Of a DNA stretch of 64,000 nucleotides, positions 52,540-59,507 are shown one piece after another; positions within the stretch are counted from its first letter, which is position 1; every line of letters starts with the position of its first letter. Source of the DNA: a virus; the IMG/VR virus record IMGVR_UViG_3300014874_000001, positions 1 through 64,000 of that record; one strand, given 5' to 3'. Under the pieces are notes generated by a model, which did not search any database, was not told the DNA's origin, and was given only the letters and a program-made list of their open reading frames with translations. Both the position numbers and the translations under genes were made by a program.

Positions 52540-52878
52540 ATGGTTAGGAAGGTACAGAAGGGCGATCGACGCGCGGCCCGAGTCCGGCGCATCGCCAAGG
52601 GTGGTTCAGAGTCGCGTCGGAACCTGGAAGGCGCGCTCTACGATCTCTGGATGGATTCCGAGGAACGGCCGGTGAGGCGGAAGGAGACCCGGGAGGTCCG
52701 TGCGTTGGTGTCGAGACACCTCGGGGAGATACGGTTGCGAGCTTTTGATCTAGCCCAGAAGGCTATCGATGCAGGGTTAAAAGCCGATGACCTTGAGGGG
52801 ATGGTAATCCCGGCCACCGAAAAGCTCGGGATCATGTACAAGCAGCTCAAGGTCGCGATGCTAGGAGAGAAGCCGTGA
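52540..52878 (+). CDS. Hypothetical helical basic protein (112 aa), first gene of the inverted island
   Basis: ATG 52540 six nt after AGGAGA. In frame with track ORF 52414..52878. Confidence 0.55.
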   Translation: MVRKVQKGDRRAARVRRIAKGGSESRRNLEGALYDLWMDSEERPVRRKETREVRALVSRHLGEIRLRAFDLAQKAIDAGLKADDLEGMVIPATEKLGIMYKQLKVAMLGEKP

Positions 52879-53081
52879 GCCACGGTAGGCGACTCACCCG
52901 GAAGCAGAAACGTCGTCACGGCGAGGCCGACGGTTCGGAGGAAGAGTGTCCAGGCTGTGGTCGGAGGTATTTCTGCAGCGGCTATGCCAAGCTAACGGCG
53001 GCTCTCCTGCGACAACACCCGACTTGTAGTCGCGAGTGCCACTTGAAGATGAACGGTAACGGAATGGGAGGTGTCCTATGA
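52875..53081 (+). CDS. Small zinc-finger-like protein (68 aa)
   Basis: CPGCGRRYFC...CSRECH. 4-nt start/stop overlap with the upstream gene. Confidence 0.5.
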   Translation: MSHGRRLTRKQKRRHGEADGSEEECPGCGRRYFCSGYAKLTAALLRQHPTCSRECHLKMNGNGMGGVL

Positions 53082-53293
53082 CGAGTCGGATACCTCGGGG
53101 AAAGGGAAACCCGAACCTTGGCCGGAACCCTCCACCGGGCCGCCGGCAGTGGCGACGGAAATCAATCGAACTTAAAATCCAATCGGAGGGCTGGGAAGAT
53201 GAGACCGACCAAAGCCGAGTTTCCAACGACGTTCCGGGGGACTCGGGTGTACGTGAGGATGGAAGCCCTGGTCCGGGTGAACGGGAACGTTGA
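53078..53293 (+). CDS. Doubtful ORF (Arg/Gly/Pro-rich), overlaps the next gene
   Basis: Track ORF, with ATGA overlap to the upstream stop. Composition is poor. Confidence 0.25.
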   Translation: MTSRIPRGKGNPNLGRNPPPGRRQWRRKSIELKIQSEGWEDETDQSRVSNDVPGDSGVREDGSPGPGERER

Positions 53294-53399
53294 TGTGAAG
53301 ATACGTTTCGAGGGGGAGGACGGAAAATCCGTGAAATGGGACCCCTTGCCGACCAAAGCCGAACTTGCCCAGTTGTGCAGAGCCGCTCATATAGTATAG
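53199..53399 (+). CDS. Hypothetical protein (66 aa)
   Basis: ATG 53199. MRPTKAEFPTTFRGTRVYVRMEALVRVNGNVDVKIRFEGEDGKSVKWDPLPTKAELAQL. Confidence 0.5.
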   Translation: MRPTKAEFPTTFRGTRVYVRMEALVRVNGNVDVKIRFEGEDGKSVKWDPLPTKAELAQLCRAAHIV

Positions 53400-53581
53400 G
53401 CGGGTAGGTGCGATTTATAGGTGTCACGCTTGTGTTTTCTACTCATACCGGGCTGCACGGGTCCTGCGCACGACCACCCTAGGTCTTGAGTTGTGGCCAC
53501 GGGGGTGGGGGTAGTTGCAACCTGCAATTATTCCAATCACGGGATCAACCCACGTCCGGGAATCTGCCACACACAGCCACA

Positions 53582-53606
53582 CAAAAAGAAGCGGGCCGAC
53601 GCCCGC
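53582..53606 (-). terminator. Rho-independent terminator after the Lys-rich protein gene
   Basis: - strand: gcgggc gtcg gcccgc, then ttctttttg. Confidence 0.8.
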
Positions 53607-53625
53607 CTCTCGTTAGCCTAGCTAA

Positions 53626-53895
53626 CTAACCCGCGAGGATCGCGCTCACCTCTTTCGCCTCTTTCGCGGTAAGGTCCCAACGCGAGCCCTTCGAGTGAAA
53701 CGAGACCGCGCCCGTTTCCTCGTCGCGGCGCCAAACGCGACGGAGCTTGACCCGCGCGCGCTTCGTCGATTCGGGCGAACCGTCTCCGAAACCGGACTTG
53801 ACGACGATCGTCTTGAGCGGAATCCGCGCGCCCTTCGTTTCGACCTTCGCGACCTTCGCCGCGACCTTCCGACCGACCTTGCCCTTCTTAGCCAT
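53626..53895 (-). CDS. Lys-rich protein with conserved C-terminal module (paralog family member 2)
   Basis: MAKKGKVGRKVAAKVAKVETKG, then IPLKTIVV...RARVKLRRVWRRDEETGAVSFHSKGSRWDLTAKEAKEVSAIL. Confidence 0.7.
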   Translation of the reverse strand: MAKKGKVGRKVAAKVAKVETKGARIPLKTIVVKSGFGDGSPESTKRARVKLRRVWRRDEETGAVSFHSKGSRWDLTAKEAKEVSAILAG

Positions 53896-54074
53896 GCTAC
53901 TTTCTCCGCGGGAGTTCCGCTCCCGGACCGGTTCGGCGAAATCTCGCCGACGGGATAAGTCTACGCCGATCGGAACGGAGAAGTAGCCGACTTAACAATA
54001 ACAAGAACTTTCCGACGAACGGTAGTCGATTTAACTCTGCAGTTATTATCTTCCCGTTCTCGGAACGATCGTTG

Positions 54075-54260
54075 CTAGGTCTTCGCGTGCCGTGCGAGTT
54101 TCGCGTGGAGCAATTCGTACGTCGCGCGATCTCGGCGAGTATCTTCTTGGTCTATAAGCGGCACGAGTTCAACAGATGGCAGGTGCTCAAGCATCGATTC
54201 GATCGCAGCGAGGCACGCTCTCACCTCAATATCCGTTAGATACATGTTACCACGGGCCAT
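54075..54260 (-). CDS. Hypothetical protein (61 aa)
   Basis: Track ORF. Confidence 0.5.
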   Translation of the reverse strand: MARGNMYLTDIEVRACLAAIESMLEHLPSVELVPLIDQEDTRRDRATYELLHAKLARHAKT

Positions 54261-54374
54261 ATCGTTCTCCTATCGCTCGGGGATTCGAGCGTAGGTCTAG
54301 CTTATCCCCTGATTTTTTTATGGGATAGCCTCTGAATGGATATAGTTTCAGCAGATGCCTCCGCTAGCGCGACG

Positions 54375-54944
54375 TCAAGCGTTGTCGGGCTGCGGGCGGA
54401 TCATGTTGAGCAACGAGTTAATGACGTCCAGCTTCGTCTCGTCCTTCACTCCAATCGGCCTGGCACCGGGCGAGCGATCCCCGCCGATCTGAGTCTTATC
54501 ACCCCAATATGATGGAGCACGATTGTTGAGCCAATACTTCTGTGCATTGGTCTCTGCAGGGTAGTACTTCTCGACTTGCACGACCTGCGCTCCTCGCCGA
54601 GTTCGCACGACTTCATCGGATGTCTTGACGTAGCCGATAGCATTGGAGTGCAGAGCTGCTACCACTTGTGCATCAGCTGCCATGCGGCCTTCTTCGATTG
54701 CCTTGGCGAGTTGCGGATAGTACGCCTTCCAGGATGCCAGGAGTTCGGAGCTAACACCCATGACTGCGGCCATCTCGTCGTCAGTTAGACCTCGCATTGC
54801 TATGGCCTTTACGTGATCGATGCGGTCCGGCCAGAAGATGGTTGACTCGACGGCCTCCGGTGTGGTGCGCTTGGGTCTTGTGAACCTTGCTTTGACACCA
54901 GTTGTGCGCCGATGCTTTTTATTACGCTCTGTCTTTCGTGCCAT
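54375..54944 (-). CDS. terS: Terminase small subunit
   Basis: HTH RGLTDDEMAAVMGVSSELLASWKAYYPQLAKAIEEG and the C-terminal NAQKYWLNNRAPSYWGDK motif characteristic of many TerS proteins (..fWLkNR.P..W+dK). Confidence 0.7.
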   Translation of the reverse strand: MARKTERNKKHRRTTGVKARFTRPKRTTPEAVESTIFWPDRIDHVKAIAMRGLTDDEMAAVMGVSSELLASWKAYYPQLAKAIEEGRMAADAQVVAALHSNAIGYVKTSDEVVRTRRGAQVVQVEKYYPAETNAQKYWLNNRAPSYWGDKTQIGGDRSPGARPIGVKDETKLDVINSLLNMIRPQPDNA

Positions 54945-54985
54945 TCAACCGTACTCCCTATCCAAACCAACCAGAAGCTTGGAAC

Positions 54986-55014
54986 ACTATACTACAGAGC
55001 ACCAATCATGTCTA
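54986..55014 (-). promoter_or_regulatory. Sigma70-type promoter for the late/packaging block: TAGACA-17-TATAGT
   Basis: - strand -35 TAGACA (55014-55009), 17-nt spacer, -10 TATAGT (54991-54986). About 40 nt upstream of the TerS ATG. Confidence 0.6.
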
Positions 55015-55304
55015 CCACTGATAGCTCCAACCCCTCCATACCATACCGTAGTACGCCACTCTATCTCGTACCCGACTCTATAGAGTAGTGCTAAATGCCT
55101 GATATGCTGTAACAAAAGTTAACAAACCGCTCGAAACCGCCCTAGGTATATATTAACCCTATGAATTGTATGACTGTAATAAGATCAATTAATATAGTAA
55201 GTAACCCCCTATATACGTCTAACAATAGATATCTAATTAAATAAACCAATCTATTCAGCTATTCCTATTCATTTCAGGAGCTTACCCGTACAAACAACAC
55301 CGAT
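55015..55304. promoter_or_regulatory. AT-rich non-coding control region between divergent promoters (candidate operator/origin region)
   Basis: 33 G+C in the 120 nt 55141-55260 (my count). 12-bp palindrome actctatagagt at 55075-55086. 10-bp palindrome tagatatcta at 55226-55235. No credible ORF. Confidence 0.6.
55251..55270 (+). repeat. Three closely spaced CTATTC direct repeats
   Basis: ctattc at 55251, 55259 and 55265. Confidence 0.7.
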
Positions 55305-55333
55305 TTAACATTCTGTTCTACTTGGTTTATACT
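55305..55333 (+). promoter_or_regulatory. Sigma70-type promoter for the rightward early block: TTAACA-17-TATACT
   Basis: TTAACA 55305-55310, 17-nt spacer, TATACT 55328-55333. AAGGA RBS and ATG 55367 lie downstream. Confidence 0.65.
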
Positions 55334-55366
55334 ACGGTTTAACGTTAATAACTCGAAGGATTCGAC

Positions 55367-55864
55367 ATGATATCGCCCAACGCTATCGACACCCCAGAGA
55401 AACTACTCAGTTTACTAAGGCGTGTCAGAGATCTTGCCGATATCGCCGAAGAGGGCGACCAGAAGTTCGCAGTCCTTGCAGGTCTTACGCCGAAGGACCT
55501 TCTCAGCGAGTTCCTCGGGCACTATCCAGAGATGTGGGTTACGAAGCTGCGCCTAGCGGGTAAGATTTGGGAATCAGAAACGTACCTCAAGCCCAATCCT
55601 CGAATACGCACGCGGGCTCTACCGACCCGCTACGACATCGACAAACCGCATGTATCCGGAATCAGGCGCTTCGTATCCACGTACAAGATACGCGGCAAGG
55701 ATAAGCTTTTGCTTTGGTACGCAGTAGCCAACAAAGACATGTCAGGGTCGCTAGGCGAAGCAGCGGGCCTATCCACCATACTGGACTTCTTCCGCAATAA
55801 GAACGTACAACGCATTTGGAAGCGGTTACACCCTACCTGGAGATTGCCGGAGGACGCGAAGTAA
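55367..55864 (+). CDS. Hypothetical early protein (165 aa)
   Basis: Track ORF. AAGGA 6 nt upstream. Confidence 0.6.
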   Translation: MISPNAIDTPEKLLSLLRRVRDLADIAEEGDQKFAVLAGLTPKDLLSEFLGHYPEMWVTKLRLAGKIWESETYLKPNPRIRTRALPTRYDIDKPHVSGIRRFVSTYKIRGKDKLLLWYAVANKDMSGSLGEAAGLSTILDFFRNKNVQRIWKRLHPTWRLPEDAK

Positions 55865-56088
55865 TGGCTAGGAAACTTACACCCCACGAAGCGCAGTACA
55901 AGCGCGACCAGGCCGCCCTCTACAAGATCGTGGATGAGCAGGTAGAGACACTATATAAGGCTCACGTGCTACGCATGGGCCTAGAGCCTGATCCGATCAA
56001 ACGCGCGGCCCTAGTCGACAAGATATACCTCAGGGTTTGCAAGACCATCGGCGTAACGCCCAGGGAGAAAGACCTTGAAAGCCGGTAA
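55864..56088 (+). CDS. Hypothetical protein (74 aa)
   Basis: ATG 55864 (TAATG overlap). In frame with track ORF 55816..56088. Confidence 0.55.
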   Translation: MARKLTPHEAQYKRDQAALYKIVDEQVETLYKAHVLRMGLEPDPIKRAALVDKIYLRVCKTIGVTPREKDLESR

Positions 56089-56218
56089 GCCGCACATCTA
56101 TTTCAGGCGGGGCTATTGGCGCGTGTCGCCTATGGGCCGACCGTACTACCTCCAACACAAAGGCTGGATACCCGCGCACAGATTCGTCCACCGACTAAAC
56201 GAGAGGAGAAAGACATGA
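56075..56218 (+). CDS. Possible small basic protein (47 aa)
   Basis: TTG 56075 after GGGAGA. MKAGKPHIYFRRGYWRVSPMGRPYYLQHKGWIPAHRFVHRLNERRKT. Its stop overlaps the next ATG (ATGA). Below the track cutoff. Confidence 0.45.
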   Translation: MKAGKPHIYFRRGYWRVSPMGRPYYLQHKGWIPAHRFVHRLNERRKT

Positions 56219-56439
56219 CGGTATGTAACATCGCACACGTAGTATTCGACGACAGCTACGGTCTTTACCAATTCAAAATTGGAGGGCGGGGAGGGATCGA
56301 GCTAGTAACGGCGACCGGAGACGTTATCCGCATCGGCCCGAAGCATCCACAATACTCCAAGCTCAAGGCGCTATTCGACCACATGCGCAAAGAGCTAGGA
56401 GAGTTCATGGATACCCAGAGCTTCTGTAAGCATAAATGA
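56215..56439 (+). CDS. Hypothetical protein (74 aa)
   Basis: ATG 56215 after GAGAGGAGAA. Confidence 0.55.
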   Translation: MTVCNIAHVVFDDSYGLYQFKIGGRGGIELVTATGDVIRIGPKHPQYSKLKALFDHMRKELGEFMDTQSFCKHK

Positions 56440-56448
56440 GAGGAAACC

Positions 56449-56583
56449 ATGACCATCACATTACTACTCATTATCGCAGCGGAACTCGTCGTCCTCATCC
56501 TGGAACAGAGGGCGCAGTCCACTCAGCTAGACCAGATCAAGAGCGTCCTAGTCGACAGCAACCACATACAGAAGGGGGACTAA
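56449..56583 (+). CDS. Possible small membrane protein (44 aa)
   Basis: ATG 56449 after GAGAGG. MTITLLLIIAAELVVLILEQ... Its TAA overlaps the next ATG (TAATG). Below the track cutoff. Confidence 0.45.
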   Translation: MTITLLLIIAAELVVLILEQRAQSTQLDQIKSVLVDSNHIQKGD

Positions 56584-56762
56584 TGCCTAAAGACCCGAAA
56601 CAGGTCGCGAGTGGGAAGCGCGCGAATGCCCGGCGTGTGGAGAACGATCTGAACTATATCAAGCTACGCGATATCCAGGAGCAGATAACCCTATACAGAG
56701 AGGGGGACAGCCCGTACGGCTGCCTCAACGAGATCGAGAAGATACTCAAAGGAGAACCGTAA
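56583..56762 (+). CDS. Hypothetical protein (59 aa)
   Basis: ATG 56583 after AAGGGGGA. In frame with track ORF 56436..56762. Confidence 0.5.
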   Translation: MPKDPKQVASGKRANARRVENDLNYIKLRDIQEQITLYREGDSPYGCLNEIEKILKGEP

Positions 56763-56980
56763 TGGAAGCGATCGATATAGACTTCAACCGCTGGTGGAAT
56801 CAGGCTCAGCCTATCGCCGCGATCATTAAGGAAACGGGTACGCACATCTTTCGCGAGGAGGAGGCCAAAGCGATCAAGGCGCAGATAAAGCACGCATTCA
56901 CCCACGGATACGCGCGTGGGGTAGCGGCCGAAGCCGCGAAGCCTCTACCCGACCATCCCGAGCTAGGGCCAGTAAGATGA
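56762..56980 (+). CDS. Hypothetical protein (72 aa)
   Basis: Track ORF. TAATG overlap. Confidence 0.55.
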   Translation: MEAIDIDFNRWWNQAQPIAAIIKETGTHIFREEEAKAIKAQIKHAFTHGYARGVAAEAAKPLPDHPELGPVR

Positions 56981-57177
56981 GACAGTGGAGGCTCGTTCGG
57001 CAGTACTACGAGACTCTCTACTGGGATGTGCCAGTTCCTCATAACCACTATATCCTTCAGTATAGAGAGGACGAGGGAGTGTGGGAGACCGTTCCAATTG
57101 TCCGGTTCGACGACCTAAGCGAGCAGGAACAAACCGCTCTCCAGAGACAGTTGGAGGAACTATGTTCGGGTCAATAG
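56977..57177 (+). CDS. Hypothetical protein (66 aa)
   Basis: Track ORF. ATGA overlap. Confidence 0.55.
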   Translation: MRQWRLVRQYYETLYWDVPVPHNHYILQYREDEGVWETVPIVRFDDLSEQEQTALQRQLEELCSGQ

Positions 57178-57365
57178 GGGAGGAGCCTCAGAAGCTCTCA
57201 GACGTCCTGGAGGACATCGGTGTTAGGCTCATGCAGGCCGTACCGAAGCAGGCGGGATTGACGCTGAACTTCTACCAACTGCTAATGGATACGTCCGGCC
57301 GCCTGGCCGCGTGCGTAGTCGAAGCGCGACTCATGGAGGGTAGGCTCGATGCCTCGAAAGAGTAA
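57162..57365 (+). CDS. Hypothetical protein (67 aa)
   Basis: ATG 57162 after GGAGGA. In frame with track ORF 57081..57365. Confidence 0.5.
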   Translation: MFGSIGEEPQKLSDVLEDIGVRLMQAVPKQAGLTLNFYQLLMDTSGRLAACVVEARLMEGRLDASKE

Positions 57366-57606
57366 GAAGCTATTTAGTGATAGCGCGTTCAACGCGTATC
57401 TCGAAGACCAGCGGCTATTCCAGAACGCGACGCACGCGAATCTGCTCAGACTTGCGCGCGCATTCCTGGACATGGAGCTAGGCGATCTAGTCAAGATACA
57501 CAAGAGCAAAGCCGCTGAGCTAGGAGCGACCGCACCGAGCGTCGTATTCATACGAGCGATTATCATAGCGCGCATGGCCGCGAGCATGAAGGGTGAGAAG
57601 CTATGA
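57349..57606 (+). CDS. Hypothetical protein (85 aa)
   Basis: Track ORF. Confidence 0.55.
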   Translation: MPRKSKKLFSDSAFNAYLEDQRLFQNATHANLLRLARAFLDMELGDLVKIHKSKAAELGATAPSVVFIRAIIIARMAASMKGEKL

Positions 57607-57872
57607 GACTATGGGCATTATTCGCACTATTTCCCCCCTCGGCCTACGCCGAGCGGCCTACCGTCGAGCCGTATGTCGACTATGCGCACCTTAGCTCCAT
57701 CCAGCTGCACGGGGACGCTAGCGCGGACTCGATAAAAGTTGGATTTACTATAGCCAAGGGGAAATGGGAGATCGACATAGCGCAGGGCGTCAAGGTTATG
57801 AACGGCACGCGCAATCCAACCGAGAGCGCCACAGCCGTGAATATACGGGTGTATCCATGGCGAAGAAAGTAA
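57603..57872 (+). CDS. Small secreted protein (signal peptide)
   Basis: MRLWALFALFPPSAYAE. ATGA overlap. Confidence 0.55.
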   Translation: MRLWALFALFPPSAYAERPTVEPYVDYAHLSSIQLHGDASADSIKVGFTIAKGKWEIDIAQGVKVMNGTRNPTESATAVNIRVYPWRRK

Positions 57873-58027
57873 TCAGGTACGATACGGTGAGCAAGAGAGA
57901 CAGCATCGTCTGCTACCTGCGCTGTAGCTGCGGGATAGCTTATCAGGTGGTTCTACGTCGAGGCGGACCGATCGTCAAGATCGGCTGCCGATGCGGACAC
58001 GTTAGTTGGGCTAGGAGGAAGAGATGA
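57857..58027 (+). CDS. Small zinc-ribbon protein (56 aa)
   Basis: ATG 57857. CYLRCSCG...GCRCGH. In frame with track ORF 57764..58027. Confidence 0.5.
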   Translation: MAKKVIRYDTVSKRDSIVCYLRCSCGIAYQVVLRRGGPIVKIGCRCGHVSWARRKR

Positions 58028-58188
58028 AACGATACGATATGGTACAAGCTTCAACTCTCCTTAGGTTGATAGAGGCCGTCAACGACTTTCTGGAGGATCG
58101 TCCGGACTGGATCCCGCAGGGAGCGGTTGTACGCGTGGACGACGTTTACTACCAGGCACTGTTCCGACCGATAGGAGAGAAGCTATGA
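58024..58188 (+). CDS. Possible small protein (54 aa)
   Basis: ATG 58024 after AGGAGGAAGAG, with ATGA overlaps at both ends. MKRYDMVQASTLLRLIEAVNDFLEDRPDWIPQGAVVRVDDVYYQALFRPIGEKL. Below the track cutoff. Confidence 0.55.
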   Translation: MKRYDMVQASTLLRLIEAVNDFLEDRPDWIPQGAVVRVDDVYYQALFRPIGEKL

Positions 58189-58472
58189 AACCGGATCTAT
58201 CTAAGGTACGCGAGCTCACGCCTGCCGAGATCGCGGAACGCAGGCACATGCGCGATAATCGGATTCCGATACCGAAGCGTAAGAAGAGGAAGAAGCGCAA
58301 GATCAGGATAGAGCAGGGGCGCAGGACGGTGGTTGCTACCGTCTCTATTACTCCGGAGCTAAAGATACGGGCTCAACGGGACTTAGGGGAGGGGAGCTTT
58401 ACAAAAGCCGTCATTTCGAGTCTACTTCAGGCGCTTCTAGAGTTCGATGAATCCAAGGCGAAGAATCGCTGA
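58185..58472 (+). CDS. Basic protein with ribbon-helix-helix-like C-terminus
   Basis: KRKKRKKRKIRIEQGRR, then TVVATVSITPELKIRAQRDLGEGSFTKAVISSLLQAL. Confidence 0.5.
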   Translation: MKPDLSKVRELTPAEIAERRHMRDNRIPIPKRKKRKKRKIRIEQGRRTVVATVSITPELKIRAQRDLGEGSFTKAVISSLLQALLEFDESKAKNR

Positions 58473-58514
58473 ATTCTCTGAAGTAACTGCTGCGACAGAT
58501 CGCTTATACTATAC
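58470..58514 (+). promoter_or_regulatory. Candidate promoter: TGAAT-N30-TATACT(ATA)
   Basis: TGAAT 58470-58474 (overlaps the upstream stop), TATACT 58505-58510, GGAGGA RBS, ATG 58546. Confidence 0.5.
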
Positions 58515-58545
58515 CTGACGGCGTTTAGACTAACCGGAGGATGAG

Positions 58546-59046
58546 ATGGAAGTGAATACAAGAATAAGACCCAAGGGTGATGGATCACTCGGATGGGCGT
58601 ACCGGCCTGACGACGTCACGGTAGCCGCTCTGACGCGGGGTAGGGCCAAGCTCAAGAAGAGTAACTTCACTCTGGGCATGGGCCGACCGCATATGGGTGG
58701 TAGTGGTAATCTGAAGGACGCGCTAGAGGCTGCAAGAAGCAAGCCCACGCGCAAGAGGAGAAAGAAAGTGGTAAAGCGAGTGTCGAAGAAGAAGAAGACG
58801 GTATCGGCCAAGAGGACGGTGGCGGCGCAGCCCGCGTCCAAGAAACGAACCGTCGAGTCCAAGGGCAGCGGGAAGATGATCCCGTTGAAGACGATCTGTG
58901 CGCAGCTGGAACTCGATCCGAAGGCGACTCGCGTGAAGCTTCGCCGGATGATCGGAAACGGCGAGATCAAGTGGCACGATCACAGCGCCCGCTGGGAGTT
59001 TACCCCGGCCAGGGCGAAGGAGGTCCGCGCGCTACTCAGCGAATAG
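58546..59046 (+). CDS. Lys/Arg-rich protein with conserved C-terminal module (paralog family member 3)
   Basis: KPTRKRRKKVVKRVSKKKKTVSAKR..., then MIPLKTICAQLELDPKATRVKLRRMIGNGEIKWHDHSARWEFTPARAKEVRALL. Confidence 0.7.
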   Translation: MEVNTRIRPKGDGSLGWAYRPDDVTVAALTRGRAKLKKSNFTLGMGRPHMGGSGNLKDALEAARSKPTRKRRKKVVKRVSKKKKTVSAKRTVAAQPASKKRTVESKGSGKMIPLKTICAQLELDPKATRVKLRRMIGNGEIKWHDHSARWEFTPARAKEVRALLSE

Positions 59047-59081
59047 GCATTAGCCCTGGGAGGACCTAGTGACGGAATCTC

Positions 59082-59119
59082 GGGCGTCTCGGCCTACGCG
59101 GGACGCCCTTTTTCTTTTC
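59082..59119 (+). terminator. Rho-independent terminator
   Basis: gggcgtc (59082-59088) pairs with gacgccc (59102-59108), then ctttttctttt. Confidence 0.75.
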
Positions 59120-59149
59120 ACCCACGTCGAATCCATCACCTTCAACCGG

Positions 59150-59180
59150 GATATACTATAGACGCGGCTACGCGGCCGCG
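59150..59180 (+). promoter_or_regulatory. GATATACTATAG box plus GC leader hairpin (no TGAAT element)
   Basis: 12-mer identical to 52496-52507. Hairpin cgcggc/gccgcg at 59163-59180. AAGGAGA RBS and ATG 59202. Confidence 0.45.
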
Positions 59181-59201
59181 CGGTAATGAAAGGAGACTAA
59201 G

Positions 59202-59507
59202 ATGGCACAGAAGATACAAGCCTTCAATACAGGAAGGCTCTACCAGGCCCACGGCCAGCAGATCGCGTACGTCACGCTTTCGACCGGGCACGTTTACATG
59301 GGGGATATCTCACGAGGGATCGACTACATCCTCGCGATCAAGGAGACTCCCGACACCGGGCCGATCACAAAGTACGACGTTATGCACGCCTACGACCGGA
59401 ACCAGACGGTGAAGGAGTTCAACCGAGCGGAGTATGAAGAAGCTCGGACCTGGGACAAGGCTCTCGGTGAAGCTGCGGTGGAGGCGACAACGTCATGGCT
59501 TATGTAG
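59202..59507 (+). CDS. Hypothetical protein (101 aa)
   Basis: Track ORF. AAGGAGA upstream. Confidence 0.6.
   Translation: MAQKIQAFNTGRLYQAHGQQIAYVTLSTGHVYMGDISRGIDYILAIKETPDTGPITKYDVMHAYDRNQTVKEFNRAEYEEARTWDKALGEAAVEATTSWLM

Noticed and set aside
6989-53293. The idea that the long 3' overlaps reflect a systematic -1 programmed frameshift, because the bypassed NTGA stop always lies in frame u-1.
   Set aside because: The frame relation is forced. With an ATGA at the downstream start there are only three frames, and an upstream gene that does not stop there must be in that frame. No slippery heptamers were found, so this is not evidence for recoding.
53400-53581. Possible tRNA or small RNA in the 180-nt gene-free stretch downstream of the - strand terminator.
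   Set aside because: I found no cloverleaf, no T-arm (GTTCRANYC-like) and no acceptor pairing on either strand. Only short 5-8-bp hairpins are present.
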